From: Gemmatimonas sp.
GTDB lineage: Bacteria; Gemmatimonadota; Gemmatimonadetes; Gemmatimonadales; Gemmatimonadaceae
NCBI GenBank assembly: GCA_031414535.1
Contig: JANNVQ010000001.1
Coordinates: 1-64,000, forward strand
DNA: 64,000 bases
Direction of reading: 5' to 3'
Below, piece after piece: positions 45,713-56,378 of this stretch. The notes beneath the pieces were generated by a model. That model did no database searches. It was not told the DNA's origin and saw only the letters and a list, made by a program, of their open reading frames with translations. Position numbers and translations under genes: made by a program. Each line of letters opens with the position of its first letter. The first letter of the stretch is position 1.

Positions 45713-46654
45713 GTGGACCTCCGCGCACGCATCTATATAGCTGGACACACCGGACTCGTGGGTTCGGCGTTGACGCGTCGCCTGCGGGCGCTCGGATACC
45801 TGAACCTTCTCGAACGCACACACGCGGAGCTCGAACTCGAGGATGGAGCCGCGGTGAACGCTTTCTTCGCGGCAGAGCGGCCCGAGTACTTATTCATGGC
45901 GGCCGCCCGCGTGGGTGGGATCCTCGCGAACGACACGTATCCGGCGGATTTCATCCGGTCGAATCTGGCCATCCAATGCAACGTGATTGAGGCCGCATTC
46001 CGACACAACATCACGCGCATGATGTTCCTCGGCAGTTCCTGCGTGTACCCGAAGCACGCCCCACAGCCGCTCAAGGAGGAATACCTGCTGTCCGGGTACC
46101 TCGAGCCGACGAATGAAGCGTATGCCGTCGCAAAGATCGCCGGGATTACGATGTGTCAGGCGTACAACCGGCAGCACGGGACTGACTTTCGGTCAGTAAT
46201 GCCCACCAATTTGTATGGTCCGGGCGATAACTACGATTTACAGGAGAGCCATGTCCTGCCCGCACTGCTGCACCGTTTCCATCTCGCCAAGGAGCGCGGC
46301 GATCCAACGGTCACAGTGTGGGGCACGGGAACGGTTCGGCGAGAGTTCCTTCACGTGGATGACATGGCAGACGCCTGCGTCTTCCTCATGCAGCAGCCGG
46401 TCATGAAGGAGATTGTGAATATCGGGTGCGGCACCGATGTGTCCATCGCTGACCTCGCGAGTCTGGCGCGGGAGGTCGTCGGCTATTCCGGTGAGATCGT
46501 CTATGACTCGTCTAAGCCGGATGGGACGCCGCGCAAGCTACTCGACGTTTCAAAGCTCACCTCGCTTGGTTGGGCACCGCAAATCGAGCTGAAAGCCGGA
46601 CTGCAGTCGGCTTACGAAGCGTTCCTCAGCGAGCGCCGCTTGTCGAAAGCGTGA
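45713..46654 (+). CDS. fcl: GDP-L-fucose synthase
   Basis: [47 protein letters not shown]. Confidence 0.95.
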   Translation: MDLRARIYIAGHTGLVGSALTRRLRALGYLNLLERTHAELELEDGAAVNAFFAAERPEYLFMAAARVGGILANDTYPADFIRSNLAIQCNVIEAAFRHNITRMMFLGSSCVYPKHAPQPLKEEYLLSGYLEPTNEAYAVAKIAGITMCQAYNRQHGTDFRSVMPTNLYGPGDNYDLQESHVLPALLHRFHLAKERGDPTVTVWGTGTVRREFLHVDDMADACVFLMQQPVMKEIVNIGCGTDVSIADLASLAREVVGYSGEIVYDSSKPDGTPRKLLDVSKLTSLGWAPQIELKAGLQSAYEAFLSERRLSKA

Positions 46655-48338
46655 TCCACGAAGGAATCCACGGCTTCACGAGGTCGAGTGGATCGGGCGT
46701 TGGCTGGGGTGAGCGAGCGTCGGGCAAACAAAGCACCGCGTGTGTTCGGAGCAGCACTGCGGGATGGGGGCACGCCGGCGTGTCCTGAGTGTCATATCGG
46801 ATGCCATACGCCGTGAAGTGGAGGTCCACGTTCACGAACGGCGCTCCCTCCTGCGAGACGGTGATGACTCCGCCCGCGGCGTCAACCGAGAGTGCGGCGA
46901 GTTGGCGGCGATGTAAAACCTGATCTAGGGTTGCCGTCACGTTCGATGCGAGCGCGACAATCGCGATGTTCACCGCGACGAGTGCTGCCAAGACCATCAC
47001 GACGCGCCGCGGTCTGCTCAAGAGCAACGGCGGCAGTGCGGCGAGCCAGAGTTGAGGGGCGTAGCGCGCGTAGAACCCAAAGGGCAAGACGAGCGACGAC
47101 GCAGCAATGGCCAGTGCGAGGACGGTGAGTCCGCCTACCGGTTCGGCCCGCCGCCAGGCGACGACGAACGCGAGCAGACCCACCAGCAGCGCGGCGCCGA
47201 ACAGTGGCCCCCACCCCCCGACGCGCGTGTCCAAGGTGGTGAACGCGGCCACTTCATTCGCCTGCACTGTGAACGGCAACTTCAGCTGTGGCGGCCTGTA
47301 CGAGTCGTCACTACTCGCGGCGAACATCGACGTCAGTACCTGCTCAAATCGCGGGCGCGCACTGAATGCCGAGTCGCGATGCACCCATCCAGCGATTGGT
47401 AGCGCGTCGCGGCCGCGCGCGGGATACGCCGGGTGCCCGTACCAGATTGTGTTGGTGATGTATGGGTTGAGGCCCGCCAGCAGCGCGAGCCCGCCAGCCG
47501 CAACCCCAAGGCGCAACGCCGACGAAAAGCGAGCACGATCACGCCACGCGAGCCACGCGAGAGCGAGGATGCCGCACTGCGCGACCAATGCGGCGCCAGT
47601 GAACTTGAGTGTGCAGAGCCAGGCAGCATGGAGCACGAGGGCAAGGCCCCAGCGACGCTGGCGCGTGCGGTACCACAGCACGCCGAGGGCCGCGACAATC
47701 AGCAGTGAGGACGCGACGAGTCCGTCGACGTAGTAGGTCAGCAGTTGCGGTGTCGTCACCGGATTGAGCGCCGCCGCGACGGCAACGAACCACGCACGAC
47801 GGCGCCCCACGCCGAGCGTCAGCAGGGCCGACCCGGTGAGCAGTATTGCGGACGCGAGGGCAAGCAGTTGCATCGCTTTGCCCCCTTCGATGTTGCCCGT
47901 TGCCTGCAATAGCATCGCTGGGAGGAGCCACGCACCCTTTGGAAGTCCGGTCACGTGCGGACCGCCGACGAGGGACTCCGATCGCGTGGGGTCCCACACC
48001 GGATTCCAGCCCTCGGCTAGCTGTCGGATGCCAACTTGATGATACGTCTGGCCATCGTAGCTCAAATCGAACGTCAGCGCGGCGATGACGATGGCGACCG
48101 ACACGACGGCGCTCGCCACGCCGAACGTGCGCAGAGCTGGGGCACCAGGCTGCTTCCAGCACCATCCGGCAATCACCAGTGCTGCTACGAGCAGAGGCCA
48201 TGGCGTCAGCGGAATCCCGAGTGCAAATCCGGCAGCGGCGATGGCAGTTGGGAGCGACAGCGCGAGGGCGAGCAGTAGGCCGAGCTGGGCGGCGCGCTCC
48301 GGGCCTGGCGACTGCGTCACCGGAATTTGAGGCGCCAT
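46626..48338 (-). CDS. Polytopic membrane protein (GT-C-like)
   Basis: More than 10 TM segments; [22 protein letters not shown]. Confidence 0.65.
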   Translation of the reverse strand: MAPQIPVTQSPGPERAAQLGLLLALALSLPTAIAAAGFALGIPLTPWPLLVAALVIAGWCWKQPGAPALRTFGVASAVVSVAIVIAALTFDLSYDGQTYHQVGIRQLAEGWNPVWDPTRSESLVGGPHVTGLPKGAWLLPAMLLQATGNIEGGKAMQLLALASAILLTGSALLTLGVGRRRAWFVAVAAALNPVTTPQLLTYYVDGLVASSLLIVAALGVLWYRTRQRRWGLALVLHAAWLCTLKFTGAALVAQCGILALAWLAWRDRARFSSALRLGVAAGGLALLAGLNPYITNTIWYGHPAYPARGRDALPIAGWVHRDSAFSARPRFEQVLTSMFAASSDDSYRPPQLKLPFTVQANEVAAFTTLDTRVGGWGPLFGAALLVGLLAFVVAWRRAEPVGGLTVLALAIAASSLVLPFGFYARYAPQLWLAALPPLLLSRPRRVVMVLAALVAVNIAIVALASNVTATLDQVLHRRQLAALSVDAAGGVITVSQEGAPFVNVDLHFTAYGIRYDTQDTPACPHPAVLLRTHAVLCLPDARSPQPTPDPLDLVKPWIPSWITLSTSGAR

Positions 48339-49801
48339 AGCGCGAACCAAGTCATGCGAAGCAACAGGAGGCCGTGGCGCCAACGCTGGATGTTCGTATC
48401 GCCGTACACGCGCTCACGATAGCGGATAGGCAGGTCTTGGATACGAAGATTCAGCTTGGCCGCGCCGAACAGCAGGTCGAAATCGCCGAACGGGTCGAAG
48501 TCACCGAAATACGCCCGGTTCGCCGCGATGCGATCGTAATCGCGGCGCCATAGGACCTTGGTGCCACAGAGAGTGTCCTTCACGCGTTGTCCCAAGAGCC
48601 AGGAGAAGGCCCAACTGAAGCCATGATTCGCGAACAAGTTCAGCAGTTGCATGGCTTGCCCTTCCATGGGATACACGAGGCGTACCCCGTTCACCATTTC
48701 ACCGAGTCCATCGCGCGCGGCCGCATAAAATCGCGGCAGCTCTTCGGGAGGCATCGTGAGGTCGGCGTCGAGAATCATGAGCAAATCGCCGCGTGCCTTC
48801 GCGAATCCGAGCCGCACGGCATCGCCTTTGCCAGAGCCCGTTTGGCGGAACGCTTGGCACGACCATTCAGGATGCGCCGCAATCTCGCGCTGGATGGTGT
48901 CCCAGGTGTCGTCTCGCGAGTGGCCTTCGATGAACACAATCTCGGTCTCGCGGCCCATGCGTGGCAGGCGCGCGAACAGTGCCGCTATGTTGCCGGCCTC
49001 GTTGCGTGCGGGCACAATCACCGACACGCTCGGCGCCGACTCAGGCATCGCACGAGGCTTGGGCCGCGCAACCATCAATGTGGTGAGCGCGAGTAAATGG
49101 AAGGGCGGGACTCGGACGAGGCCCCGATTCAGCAAGGGGGCGAGGAGCGGGATGTCCAGCGGTAGGAGAATCTCGCGGGACTCGCGGACGACCTCAAAGC
49201 CGGCCAGGTTGAGAAGGCCGCGTAAATCGCCGGCGGCCAGCCAATTCTGATGGAGCACTGGTCGCGCGAGGCGCAGCGCGAGTGCTGCCGCGAGGAGCGG
49301 CTCCCACACCTTGCTGTACGACGTAATCACCAGCCGGGTCTGCGGCGTACACACGCGGGCCACTTGCTCGAGTACCTGCTGCACGTTCCACAGGTCGTTG
49401 ACGAGGTCCGACAGGATGACAACATCAAACGTGCCCTCGATCGGCAACGCATGGGCATCAGCAGCAACGAAATGCAGGTGCGGGTGACGGGCACGCGCCG
49501 ATGCCAGCATTTCCGTCGAGAAGTCGACGCCGAGGCCAAATGACGGCTGGCACGCCGCGAGGAGGTCGCCGCCGGCACAGCCAATTTCGAGCACACGTTG
49601 ACCCGGCGCGATCGCGAACTGGTGGATCTCCGCCATGCGCCGATGGTAGGCACCGCCGAATCCCGGTCGGTGACGCTCCTGAATCGCCACGCTATCCCAA
49701 TTGCGTATGCGGGCCGCGCGATGGTGATCACCCGGACCCGTCTCCATCGTCCCACTCAATTCGGTCCGGTCGTTCACGGAGGGGAATATCTCCGTTCGCA
49801 T
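48317..49801 (-). CDS. Class I SAM methyltransferase-GT2 glycosyltransferase fusion
   Basis: LEIGC.GG in the N-terminal part; PARNE, ILDADL, DTLCGTK, GDFDLLFGA in the C-terminal part. Start could be 49747. Confidence 0.88.
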   Translation of the reverse strand: MRTEIFPSVNDRTELSGTMETGPGDHHRAARIRNWDSVAIQERHRPGFGGAYHRRMAEIHQFAIAPGQRVLEIGCAGGDLLAACQPSFGLGVDFSTEMLASARARHPHLHFVAADAHALPIEGTFDVVILSDLVNDLWNVQQVLEQVARVCTPQTRLVITSYSKVWEPLLAAALALRLARPVLHQNWLAAGDLRGLLNLAGFEVVRESREILLPLDIPLLAPLLNRGLVRVPPFHLLALTTLMVARPKPRAMPESAPSVSVIVPARNEAGNIAALFARLPRMGRETEIVFIEGHSRDDTWDTIQREIAAHPEWSCQAFRQTGSGKGDAVRLGFAKARGDLLMILDADLTMPPEELPRFYAAARDGLGEMVNGVRLVYPMEGQAMQLLNLFANHGFSWAFSWLLGQRVKDTLCGTKVLWRRDYDRIAANRAYFGDFDPFGDFDLLFGAAKLNLRIQDLPIRYRERVYGDTNIQRWRHGLLLLRMTWFALWRLKFR

Positions 49802-49824
49802 TGACCGCCGCAATATCTTACGAG

Positions 49825-50586
49825 ATGATGTCGCAACCCAGTAAACCCAGCAGTGCAGTGAGCGCACGCGTCGAAAACGAGCTACGACATGGGGCGTGGC
49901 TCGCGGCCGAGGAAACAGAGCGCGTGTGGGGGTGGGGTACGCCTGCGGGCCGCCGCCGCGCTGCACGCCGCGGCGCCTTGATTGCACGTGTCGCCGCACT
50001 CAGGCCTGGCCGCCGTGCGCTTGAGGTGGGCGCGGGCACGGGAATCTTCACCGAGATCTTCGCGCGGACCGGCGCTGACGTGGTCGCTGTGGATCTGTCG
50101 CCAGATCTGTTGGCGAAGGCTCATGTGCGACTCAGCGCGTTCGACCGGGTGCGGCTCTTGGAGAAGCGATTTGAAGACTGCGATGTGGACGGCCCGTTCG
50201 ACGCGGTGATTGGGTCATCGGTATTGCACCACCTGGAGCTGGCGCCGGCGCTGCGTCGAATCGCAGAGTTGCTCACCCCCGGTGGCGTGCTATGCTTCGC
50301 GGAGCCGAACATGCTCAACCCGCAGATCTTCGCCGAGCGGAGGTTCCGGCGGTTCTTTCCCCAAGTATCGCCCGATGAAACGGCGTTCGTGAGGTGGACC
50401 TTGGCGCGTTCGCTGGTTTCGGCAGGCTTCAGCAATGTGCAGATCACGCCGTTCGACTGGTTGCATCCGGCAGTGCCGGCGCCGGGCATCGGCGTCGTCT
50501 CGGCGGTTGGCCGTGGGCTCGAGGTGTTGCCCGGCCTACGGGAGTTCGCGGGGTCTCTGTTGATTCGGGCAGAAAGGGCTGTGTAG
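49825..50586 (+). CDS. Class I SAM-dependent methyltransferase
   Basis: LEVGAGTG, VDLS, FDAV...VLHHL, L.PGG....EPN. Confidence 0.88.
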   Translation: MMSQPSKPSSAVSARVENELRHGAWLAAEETERVWGWGTPAGRRRAARRGALIARVAALRPGRRALEVGAGTGIFTEIFARTGADVVAVDLSPDLLAKAHVRLSAFDRVRLLEKRFEDCDVDGPFDAVIGSSVLHHLELAPALRRIAELLTPGGVLCFAEPNMLNPQIFAERRFRRFFPQVSPDETAFVRWTLARSLVSAGFSNVQITPFDWLHPAVPAPGIGVVSAVGRGLEVLPGLREFAGSLLIRAERAV

Positions 50587-50693
50587 GTGTGGCGGATTCC
50601 ACGTCGTCATGAAGGTCGGTCGATGGCCAAAGGCATTGACCAGCAGCGCGGCGGCACCTGTCCAGCTTCCACGACGCGAGCTAATTTCGCTCG

Positions 50694-51977
50694 ATGACCA
50701 GACCTCTCACGCGCGGTTTCGCTTCACTCGTCCTGCTCGGCCTCTTCACCAGCAACTTGGTGGCACAGGGTCGCGCCGTCTTCCAGCCTGCCGCCAGCGC
50801 CGCGGCCGCGGGATTCTCCGCCACGCGCCTCGCCCGGATTGACTCCCTCGTCGCCGGGGCCGTCGCGCGGGGAGAGGTCAACGGCGCCGTCGTCCACATC
50901 GTCCGTGGCGGGCGGGTGGTGATGCACCGCGCCTACGGGGTGCGAGACGTCGGAACACAAGTGCCGATGCGACGCGACGACATCTTCCGCATCGCTTCGC
51001 AGTCCAAGGCCATCACAGCGTTGGCCGTGATGATGTTGTGGGAGGAAGGTCACTTTTCACTGGATGAGCCGATCTCGCGTCTCCTACCGGAGTTCGCGCG
51101 GCCCACGGTGCTGACCAAGTTCAACGCGGCAGACTCGACAGCAGAATCAGAGGCCGCTGGGCGCGAAATCACCGTACGCCAATTGCTCACGCACACCTCT
51201 GGAATCGACTACGCTGGCATCGGCAACGAAGAATTCCGCGCCCTCTACGCCAAGGCTGGCATACCGAGTGGAATCGGTAATGACCGCGCCACGATTGGCG
51301 AGAAGATGCGCGTGCTGGGGCGCCTTCCCCTCCGCGCGAGGCCCGGCGAGCGCTACACCTACTCCCTCTCCTTCGATGTGCTTGGGTATCTCGTGGAGGT
51401 CGTCTCGGGGATGCCCTTCGATCAATTCCTGCGCGCGCGCGTCTTTGATCCACTTGGGATGCGCGACACCTGGTTCTACCTGCCAGCGGACCGGCACGAA
51501 CGTCTCGTGACGTTGCACGATGGTGAGTCGGGCAAAGCGGTGCCGATGCAAGGCACGGCCTTTGATGGCGTCAATCCGAACTATCCGCGACTAGCCGGCA
51601 CGTACTTCTCGGGTGGAGCCGGCCTCTCGTCCACGGTGGAGGACTACGCGCGCTTTCTGCAACTCTTCCTGAACAAGGGAGAACTCGGCGGCGTGCGTTT
51701 GCTCAGCCCGCGTACGGTGGAGATGATGCTCACCGACCAGTTGCCCGCGATGACGAATAAGGTGGGACTCGGCTTCGGATTGGAAACTGAGGCAAACGAC
51801 TTTCGCTCGCCGCGCAGCATTGGCGCGTTTAGTTGGGGAGGCGCGTTCGCTACAACGTACTGGGCGGATCCGCGCGATGAACTGATTGCGCAGATTTACA
51901 CGAACATGGTGAATCCGGCCGCGCGCGATCTAGCGGGGCGGTTCAATGCGCTCACGTATGGGGCGATGGTGCGCTAG
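50694..51977 (+). CDS. Serine hydrolase (beta-lactamase family)
   Basis: FRIASQSK, LLTHTSG, YS, WGG. Confidence 0.9.
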   Translation: MTRPLTRGFASLVLLGLFTSNLVAQGRAVFQPAASAAAAGFSATRLARIDSLVAGAVARGEVNGAVVHIVRGGRVVMHRAYGVRDVGTQVPMRRDDIFRIASQSKAITALAVMMLWEEGHFSLDEPISRLLPEFARPTVLTKFNAADSTAESEAAGREITVRQLLTHTSGIDYAGIGNEEFRALYAKAGIPSGIGNDRATIGEKMRVLGRLPLRARPGERYTYSLSFDVLGYLVEVVSGMPFDQFLRARVFDPLGMRDTWFYLPADRHERLVTLHDGESGKAVPMQGTAFDGVNPNYPRLAGTYFSGGAGLSSTVEDYARFLQLFLNKGELGGVRLLSPRTVEMMLTDQLPAMTNKVGLGFGLETEANDFRSPRSIGAFSWGGAFATTYWADPRDELIAQIYTNMVNPAARDLAGRFNALTYGAMVR

Positions 51978-51991
51978 GACGATGCGCTCGC

Positions 51992-53557
51992 CTAAAGGGT
52001 GGGCGCCCGCCGATGCCTTGTCGCCTGCTCGAATCCGTAACTGAGCGTGATGAGTTGCCCTTCACTCCACGCGCGCCCAAAGAACGTGACACCCGCCGGC
52101 AGGGTATTGCCACGCGTGTAGCCCATCGGAACGGTAATCGCCGGAAACCCCGTGAGCGGAGAGAAGATCTGGCTGTTATCTCCGTGCGGCGTATTGAGAT
52201 CACCGATGAGTCGCGGCACGTTGCTCCAGGTGGGATACACCAGCGCGTCGAGCTGCAGTGAATCCATGAGCGCGGTCACGGCGCTGCGCAGCGCCTCCTT
52301 CATGGGAGTGCGGGCACGGCAGCCGGCGAGCGAATCGGGTGGAAGTGTCACCGCCTGCGCTTGCACGAGGCGGTACTGCGCGCTGGGATGAAACGCACCA
52401 CTGCTCAGTACTGCCTCAAGGGTACGCACCGGCGCACCATCGCCGCGCGCTGCGAAGTAGCCTTCAACGTCAGACTTAAAGCGATTGCAGCCGCCGCGCG
52501 CGATGGCAAGAATCGAATCGAGCCGCGGGACGAGCGCCGAGTCAAGCACAATCGCACCGGCGCTGCGCATGTCGTCGAGAGCCTTGGTGAAGACCTCGCG
52601 CACTTCCGGGTCGAGGGTCGCGCGGTCATACGCCTGCCGCAACACACCGATGCGCGCACCGCGTAGGCCGCCGGGGACGACGAAGCTGCGATAATCGGCT
52701 GCGCGTCGGCCGCGGCTCGCGGACGTAACGGGATCTTCCGCGTCTTCGCCTGCTATCACTTGGAACAGCGCCACCGCATCGGCAACCGTGCGCGTCATTG
52801 GGCCAGCGATGTCCTGCTCGTTGTTCAGGGGCACCACACCGGCGCGCGAGGTGAGGCCCATCGTTGAGCGAATCCCCACCAGCGCTTGGTGCGCGGAAGG
52901 ACCGCGGATGGAGTTCCCAGTATCAGTACCGAGCCCAACAGCGCCCATATTCGCCGCGACGGCCGCAGCGGTACCGCCACTTGAGCCCGCCGTGACGCGG
53001 CCCAGCGAATAGGGATTGCGCGTGTACCCCGGCACGATTGAACTCACCGTCTCGTAGGGCGAAAAGGCCCACTCGGCGAGATTCGATTTGGCGAGGATAA
53101 CAGCGCCGGCCGCACGAATGCGCGCGACCTGTGTAGCATCGCGCATGGGGATCCAACCCTTCAGGGCCAATGAGCCAGCGGTCGTCTGCAGGTCAAAAGT
53201 CTCGAAGTTGTCCTTCACGATAGTGGGAATGCAGTGCAAGGCGCCCAGAGGAGCACCGCGGCGCTGCACGGCATCGAGCGAATCGGCGACGGAGAGTGCC
53301 GCATTATTGATGGTGACGATAGCGTTGATGCTAGGGCCACGTTTATCGAGCGCGTCAATTCGCGCGAGATATTGTTGGACCAAGCCGCGGCAAGTCAATT
53401 GGCCACTGACAAACGCCGCGTGGATCTCGGCGATGCTGGCTTCTTCGAGGCGAAACGGCCCGCGAGCCTGCTGCGCGCCTGAGGGCGCCGCGCTGACAAG
53501 AAAGAAGACTGACAGGGTCGCGACTGCGACGACGGAACGGACGCGGAGTTTTGGCAT
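51992..53557 (-). CDS. Amidase-signature family protein, secreted
   Basis: VKDN, GSSGG, GTDTGNSIRGP. Confidence 0.92.
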   Translation of the reverse strand: MPKLRVRSVVAVATLSVFFLVSAAPSGAQQARGPFRLEEASIAEIHAAFVSGQLTCRGLVQQYLARIDALDKRGPSINAIVTINNAALSVADSLDAVQRRGAPLGALHCIPTIVKDNFETFDLQTTAGSLALKGWIPMRDATQVARIRAAGAVILAKSNLAEWAFSPYETVSSIVPGYTRNPYSLGRVTAGSSGGTAAAVAANMGAVGLGTDTGNSIRGPSAHQALVGIRSTMGLTSRAGVVPLNNEQDIAGPMTRTVADAVALFQVIAGEDAEDPVTSASRGRRAADYRSFVVPGGLRGARIGVLRQAYDRATLDPEVREVFTKALDDMRSAGAIVLDSALVPRLDSILAIARGGCNRFKSDVEGYFAARGDGAPVRTLEAVLSSGAFHPSAQYRLVQAQAVTLPPDSLAGCRARTPMKEALRSAVTALMDSLQLDALVYPTWSNVPRLIGDLNTPHGDNSQIFSPLTGFPAITVPMGYTRGNTLPAGVTFFGRAWSEGQLITLSYGFEQATRHRRAPTL

Positions 53558-53578
53558 AAGAGAAGTCTACGTTACGGC

Positions 53579-55171
53579 CTACTGCCGCCGGCACGCAATC
53601 GGTCCACTGAGTGTGGACTCCCGCGACGTCGCCGACACACTCAGGAACTGCACCTGCGCTGGTTCTGTCGGCGCCAGCGTGATGCGGAGCGCCAAATCTC
53701 CCTTCGCGCAGCGGAGCTTCCAGCGCCCGCGCAGGGCGTTCTCCACCACGAACGGCCCCTCGTCGCGACATTCCCCGCCGGCGGCGGCGCGGAGTTGGGA
53801 AATCTGCGCCGCGCGTCGATCCGCCGACTCATCGCGGAACAAGTTCATGGCCGCCAGTGAGTCCGCGAGCGGCGCCGACCACTGCTGCACCAAACGCGTG
53901 ACCTGCGCGCGCCGCAACTCAAGCACCGGCGATGGCTGCGGCTCACGCGATTCGAGACCACCGCTGCGCTTGAGAGCTGCAAACGCCTGATCCACGACGG
54001 GCGTCCATCCGGTGTAGGTGAGGCTCCCCAACGCGATGATGCCCACCCCGTGCTCAGGCAGCCAGCGCATAATCGATCCGTACCCTGGCAAGCCGCCCGT
54101 GTGCGCGACGATATGCCTTAAGTCGCAGTTCTCGCTCACCCCGAGCCCGTAGCCGTAGCCGCCCGCACTGAGCGACACGGCGTCCGCGGTGACGTTGGTG
54201 AACGCCGCATTGTAGCGGTGTAACTGTTGCATCTCTCGCACCGAACTGCGCCGCACCGGTCCGCGTTCCTCGCTATCGCGCGCCGGCCACGCGTCGAGCA
54301 TATACGCGACCCAGCGCGAGAGATCGGCTGGCGTCGTGAGCATTCCACCCATGACACCGAACGCGCCGTCGGGAAGCGGCGGCTCAAGCACCCATTCCCC
54401 GTCCTGCACGCGATACCCATGGGCTAGTCGCGCCGGATTCACATCACCCGACTCCAACGTGGTAGAGTGCATCTGCAACGGCGCAAGGATGCGCTCGCGC
54501 AGGTAGCGCGCGTACGGAACGCCGGAGACATTCGTGACGATGCGGCCGAGTACGGCGAACCCGAAGTTGGAGTACTCGTACGCCGTACCAGGCGCGGTCG
54601 AGAACGGGATGCCGCCGCGCATCATCGCGCTGAAGGCCTCTTCGGTGGCATCAAGCTGTTGATCGCCCCAGGGGTTGTCCTCAGGAAAGCCCGCGGAGTG
54701 CGTGAGGAGATGGCGCACGGTAATTTGCGGCGCGTCAGTCGTGGCGTAGCGAAGCGCACTGAATTCGGGGACGTAGCGCGAGACTGGCTCGTCGAGCGCG
54801 AGTTTGCCCTCGTCGCGGAGTTGGAGGATGGCAAGCGCGGCAAAGCTCTTGCTCATGGACGCGATGCGAAACACCGTTGCCGTATCGACAGGAGCGCCGC
54901 TACGCGTCTCGCGGATGCCGCCTGCCACCACGTGCGCGAGTTGCCCATCGATGATGATGCCGTAGGCGTAGCCGGGAACGCGGCGCGACGCGGCAAAGCC
55001 GGCGACGAGGGAATCGATGACCGGGAAGGCCGCGCGTAGCTTCGCGACTCGTTGCGAATCGGCGAAACGCGGCGGTGGTGCGATGGAGCTCAGTGGGCCC
55101 TGCGCTTGCGCCCCGCCAAGTGCGGGGACGAGCGCCAGCAGCAACAAGCTACGCGAGAGGCCAGTGAGCAT
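53579..55171 (-). CDS. Serine hydrolase (beta-lactamase family)
   Basis: FRIASMSK, LLTH, YSN, HTGG. Confidence 0.9.
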   Translation of the reverse strand: MLTGLSRSLLLLALVPALGGAQAQGPLSSIAPPPRFADSQRVAKLRAAFPVIDSLVAGFAASRRVPGYAYGIIIDGQLAHVVAGGIRETRSGAPVDTATVFRIASMSKSFAALAILQLRDEGKLALDEPVSRYVPEFSALRYATTDAPQITVRHLLTHSAGFPEDNPWGDQQLDATEEAFSAMMRGGIPFSTAPGTAYEYSNFGFAVLGRIVTNVSGVPYARYLRERILAPLQMHSTTLESGDVNPARLAHGYRVQDGEWVLEPPLPDGAFGVMGGMLTTPADLSRWVAYMLDAWPARDSEERGPVRRSSVREMQQLHRYNAAFTNVTADAVSLSAGGYGYGLGVSENCDLRHIVAHTGGLPGYGSIMRWLPEHGVGIIALGSLTYTGWTPVVDQAFAALKRSGGLESREPQPSPVLELRRAQVTRLVQQWSAPLADSLAAMNLFRDESADRRAAQISQLRAAAGGECRDEGPFVVENALRGRWKLRCAKGDLALRITLAPTEPAQVQFLSVSATSRESTLSGPIACRRQ

Positions 55172-55206
55172 TTTAGTGCGTCTCCGGTGTACGGGTGATA
55201 AGTACT

Positions 55207-56370
55207 TCAGCGCGAACTTCTCCACGCCGCCAACACCTCCGCCTCCTTCGCCGCCGCAATTCCCGCGAGCGCCCCGTTCGCCAGAGCCTCCTGTTCCGCT
55301 ACCGGCCGCGTCTTGTGCCAGTCGAGCGTGTCCTTGGCCGTGACGGCGAGTGGCCGGAAGCTCAGACCCGCCGCGACCGCGCGCGCATTGCTACGCCGCA
55401 TGAATCCGGCTGTCGCGCCCTCGGGAGGCAACCACACCGGCATGTGCCGCCAACCCTGCACTTCTTGCGTGCGCAGGAAGTCCGCTGGCACCCACGTGAA
55501 CTGCGCGCCGCTGCTGGTCACGGCCTTGATGCCCGCGAGCATCTCACCCATAGTGAGTGGCGCCGCCGGCCCGCAAGCATTGAAAGTGCCAAGCACACGG
55601 CGTTCGGCGAGTCGAATCATCCACTCGGCTAAGTCACGTGCATCAATGATTTGCGTAGGATCGTTGGGCGTACCAGGTGCAAGCACTTCACCACCGCGAT
55701 CAATACGCACTGGCCAATAAGTAAAACGGTCGGAGCGGTCCAGTGGCCCGACAATGAGGCCAGGCCGGATGATTGTGCAGCGGTCTCCATAGTGCTGCTG
55801 CACCTCGCGCTCGGCGGCAGTCTTGAGCGCCCCGTAATGGCGACGCGCGTCGTCCATTGACGTTGTGTGGGCGTCGAGCCCCGCTGGCAATGGTGTCACG
55901 CCATCGGACTCATCGCGCCCGGGCACGCTGTTGTCGGGATACACCGACATCGTAGAGATGAACAGGTAGTGCTTGGTGTGGCCGGCGAGGTGCTGGGCCG
56001 CGTTGCGCACCCAGAACGGCAAGGTGGTGGGGTTATCAATCACCACATCAAAAGATTTGCCGGCAAGCGCCGAGACGTCGCCGCTTAAGTCGCCGATAAG
56101 TTGCTCAACGCGTCCCTTGAAGAAATCGGGGCGCGTGCGATTGCGATTGAACAGTGTGACGCGATGTCCACGTGCGGTGGCGTATTCCACCTGCTCAGGG
56201 CCCGTGAAGCCAGTCCCACCCAAGATGAGAATGTCGAGTGGTGCGGCGGCGCGTTCGACGCGACGCTCGCGCGGATGGGGCTCGAGCGCGGTGACCAGCG
56301 ACGGCAATGCCGTCAAGCCAAGCGCAGTGACGGCAGACTGGCTGAGGAAATCGCGACGAGAATTCGTCAT
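55207..56370 (-). CDS. NAD-dependent epimerase/dehydratase family with Tat signal
   Basis: SRRDFL; LGGTGFTG; YGALK; RPGLIVGP. Confidence 0.88.
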   Translation of the reverse strand: MTNSRRDFLSQSAVTALGLTALPSLVTALEPHPRERRVERAAAPLDILILGGTGFTGPEQVEYATARGHRVTLFNRNRTRPDFFKGRVEQLIGDLSGDVSALAGKSFDVVIDNPTTLPFWVRNAAQHLAGHTKHYLFISTMSVYPDNSVPGRDESDGVTPLPAGLDAHTTSMDDARRHYGALKTAAEREVQQHYGDRCTIIRPGLIVGPLDRSDRFTYWPVRIDRGGEVLAPGTPNDPTQIIDARDLAEWMIRLAERRVLGTFNACGPAAPLTMGEMLAGIKAVTSSGAQFTWVPADFLRTQEVQGWRHMPVWLPPEGATAGFMRRSNARAVAAGLSFRPLAVTAKDTLDWHKTRPVAEQEALANGALAGIAAAKEAEVLAAWRSSR

Positions 56371-56378
56371 CTAGGCCC

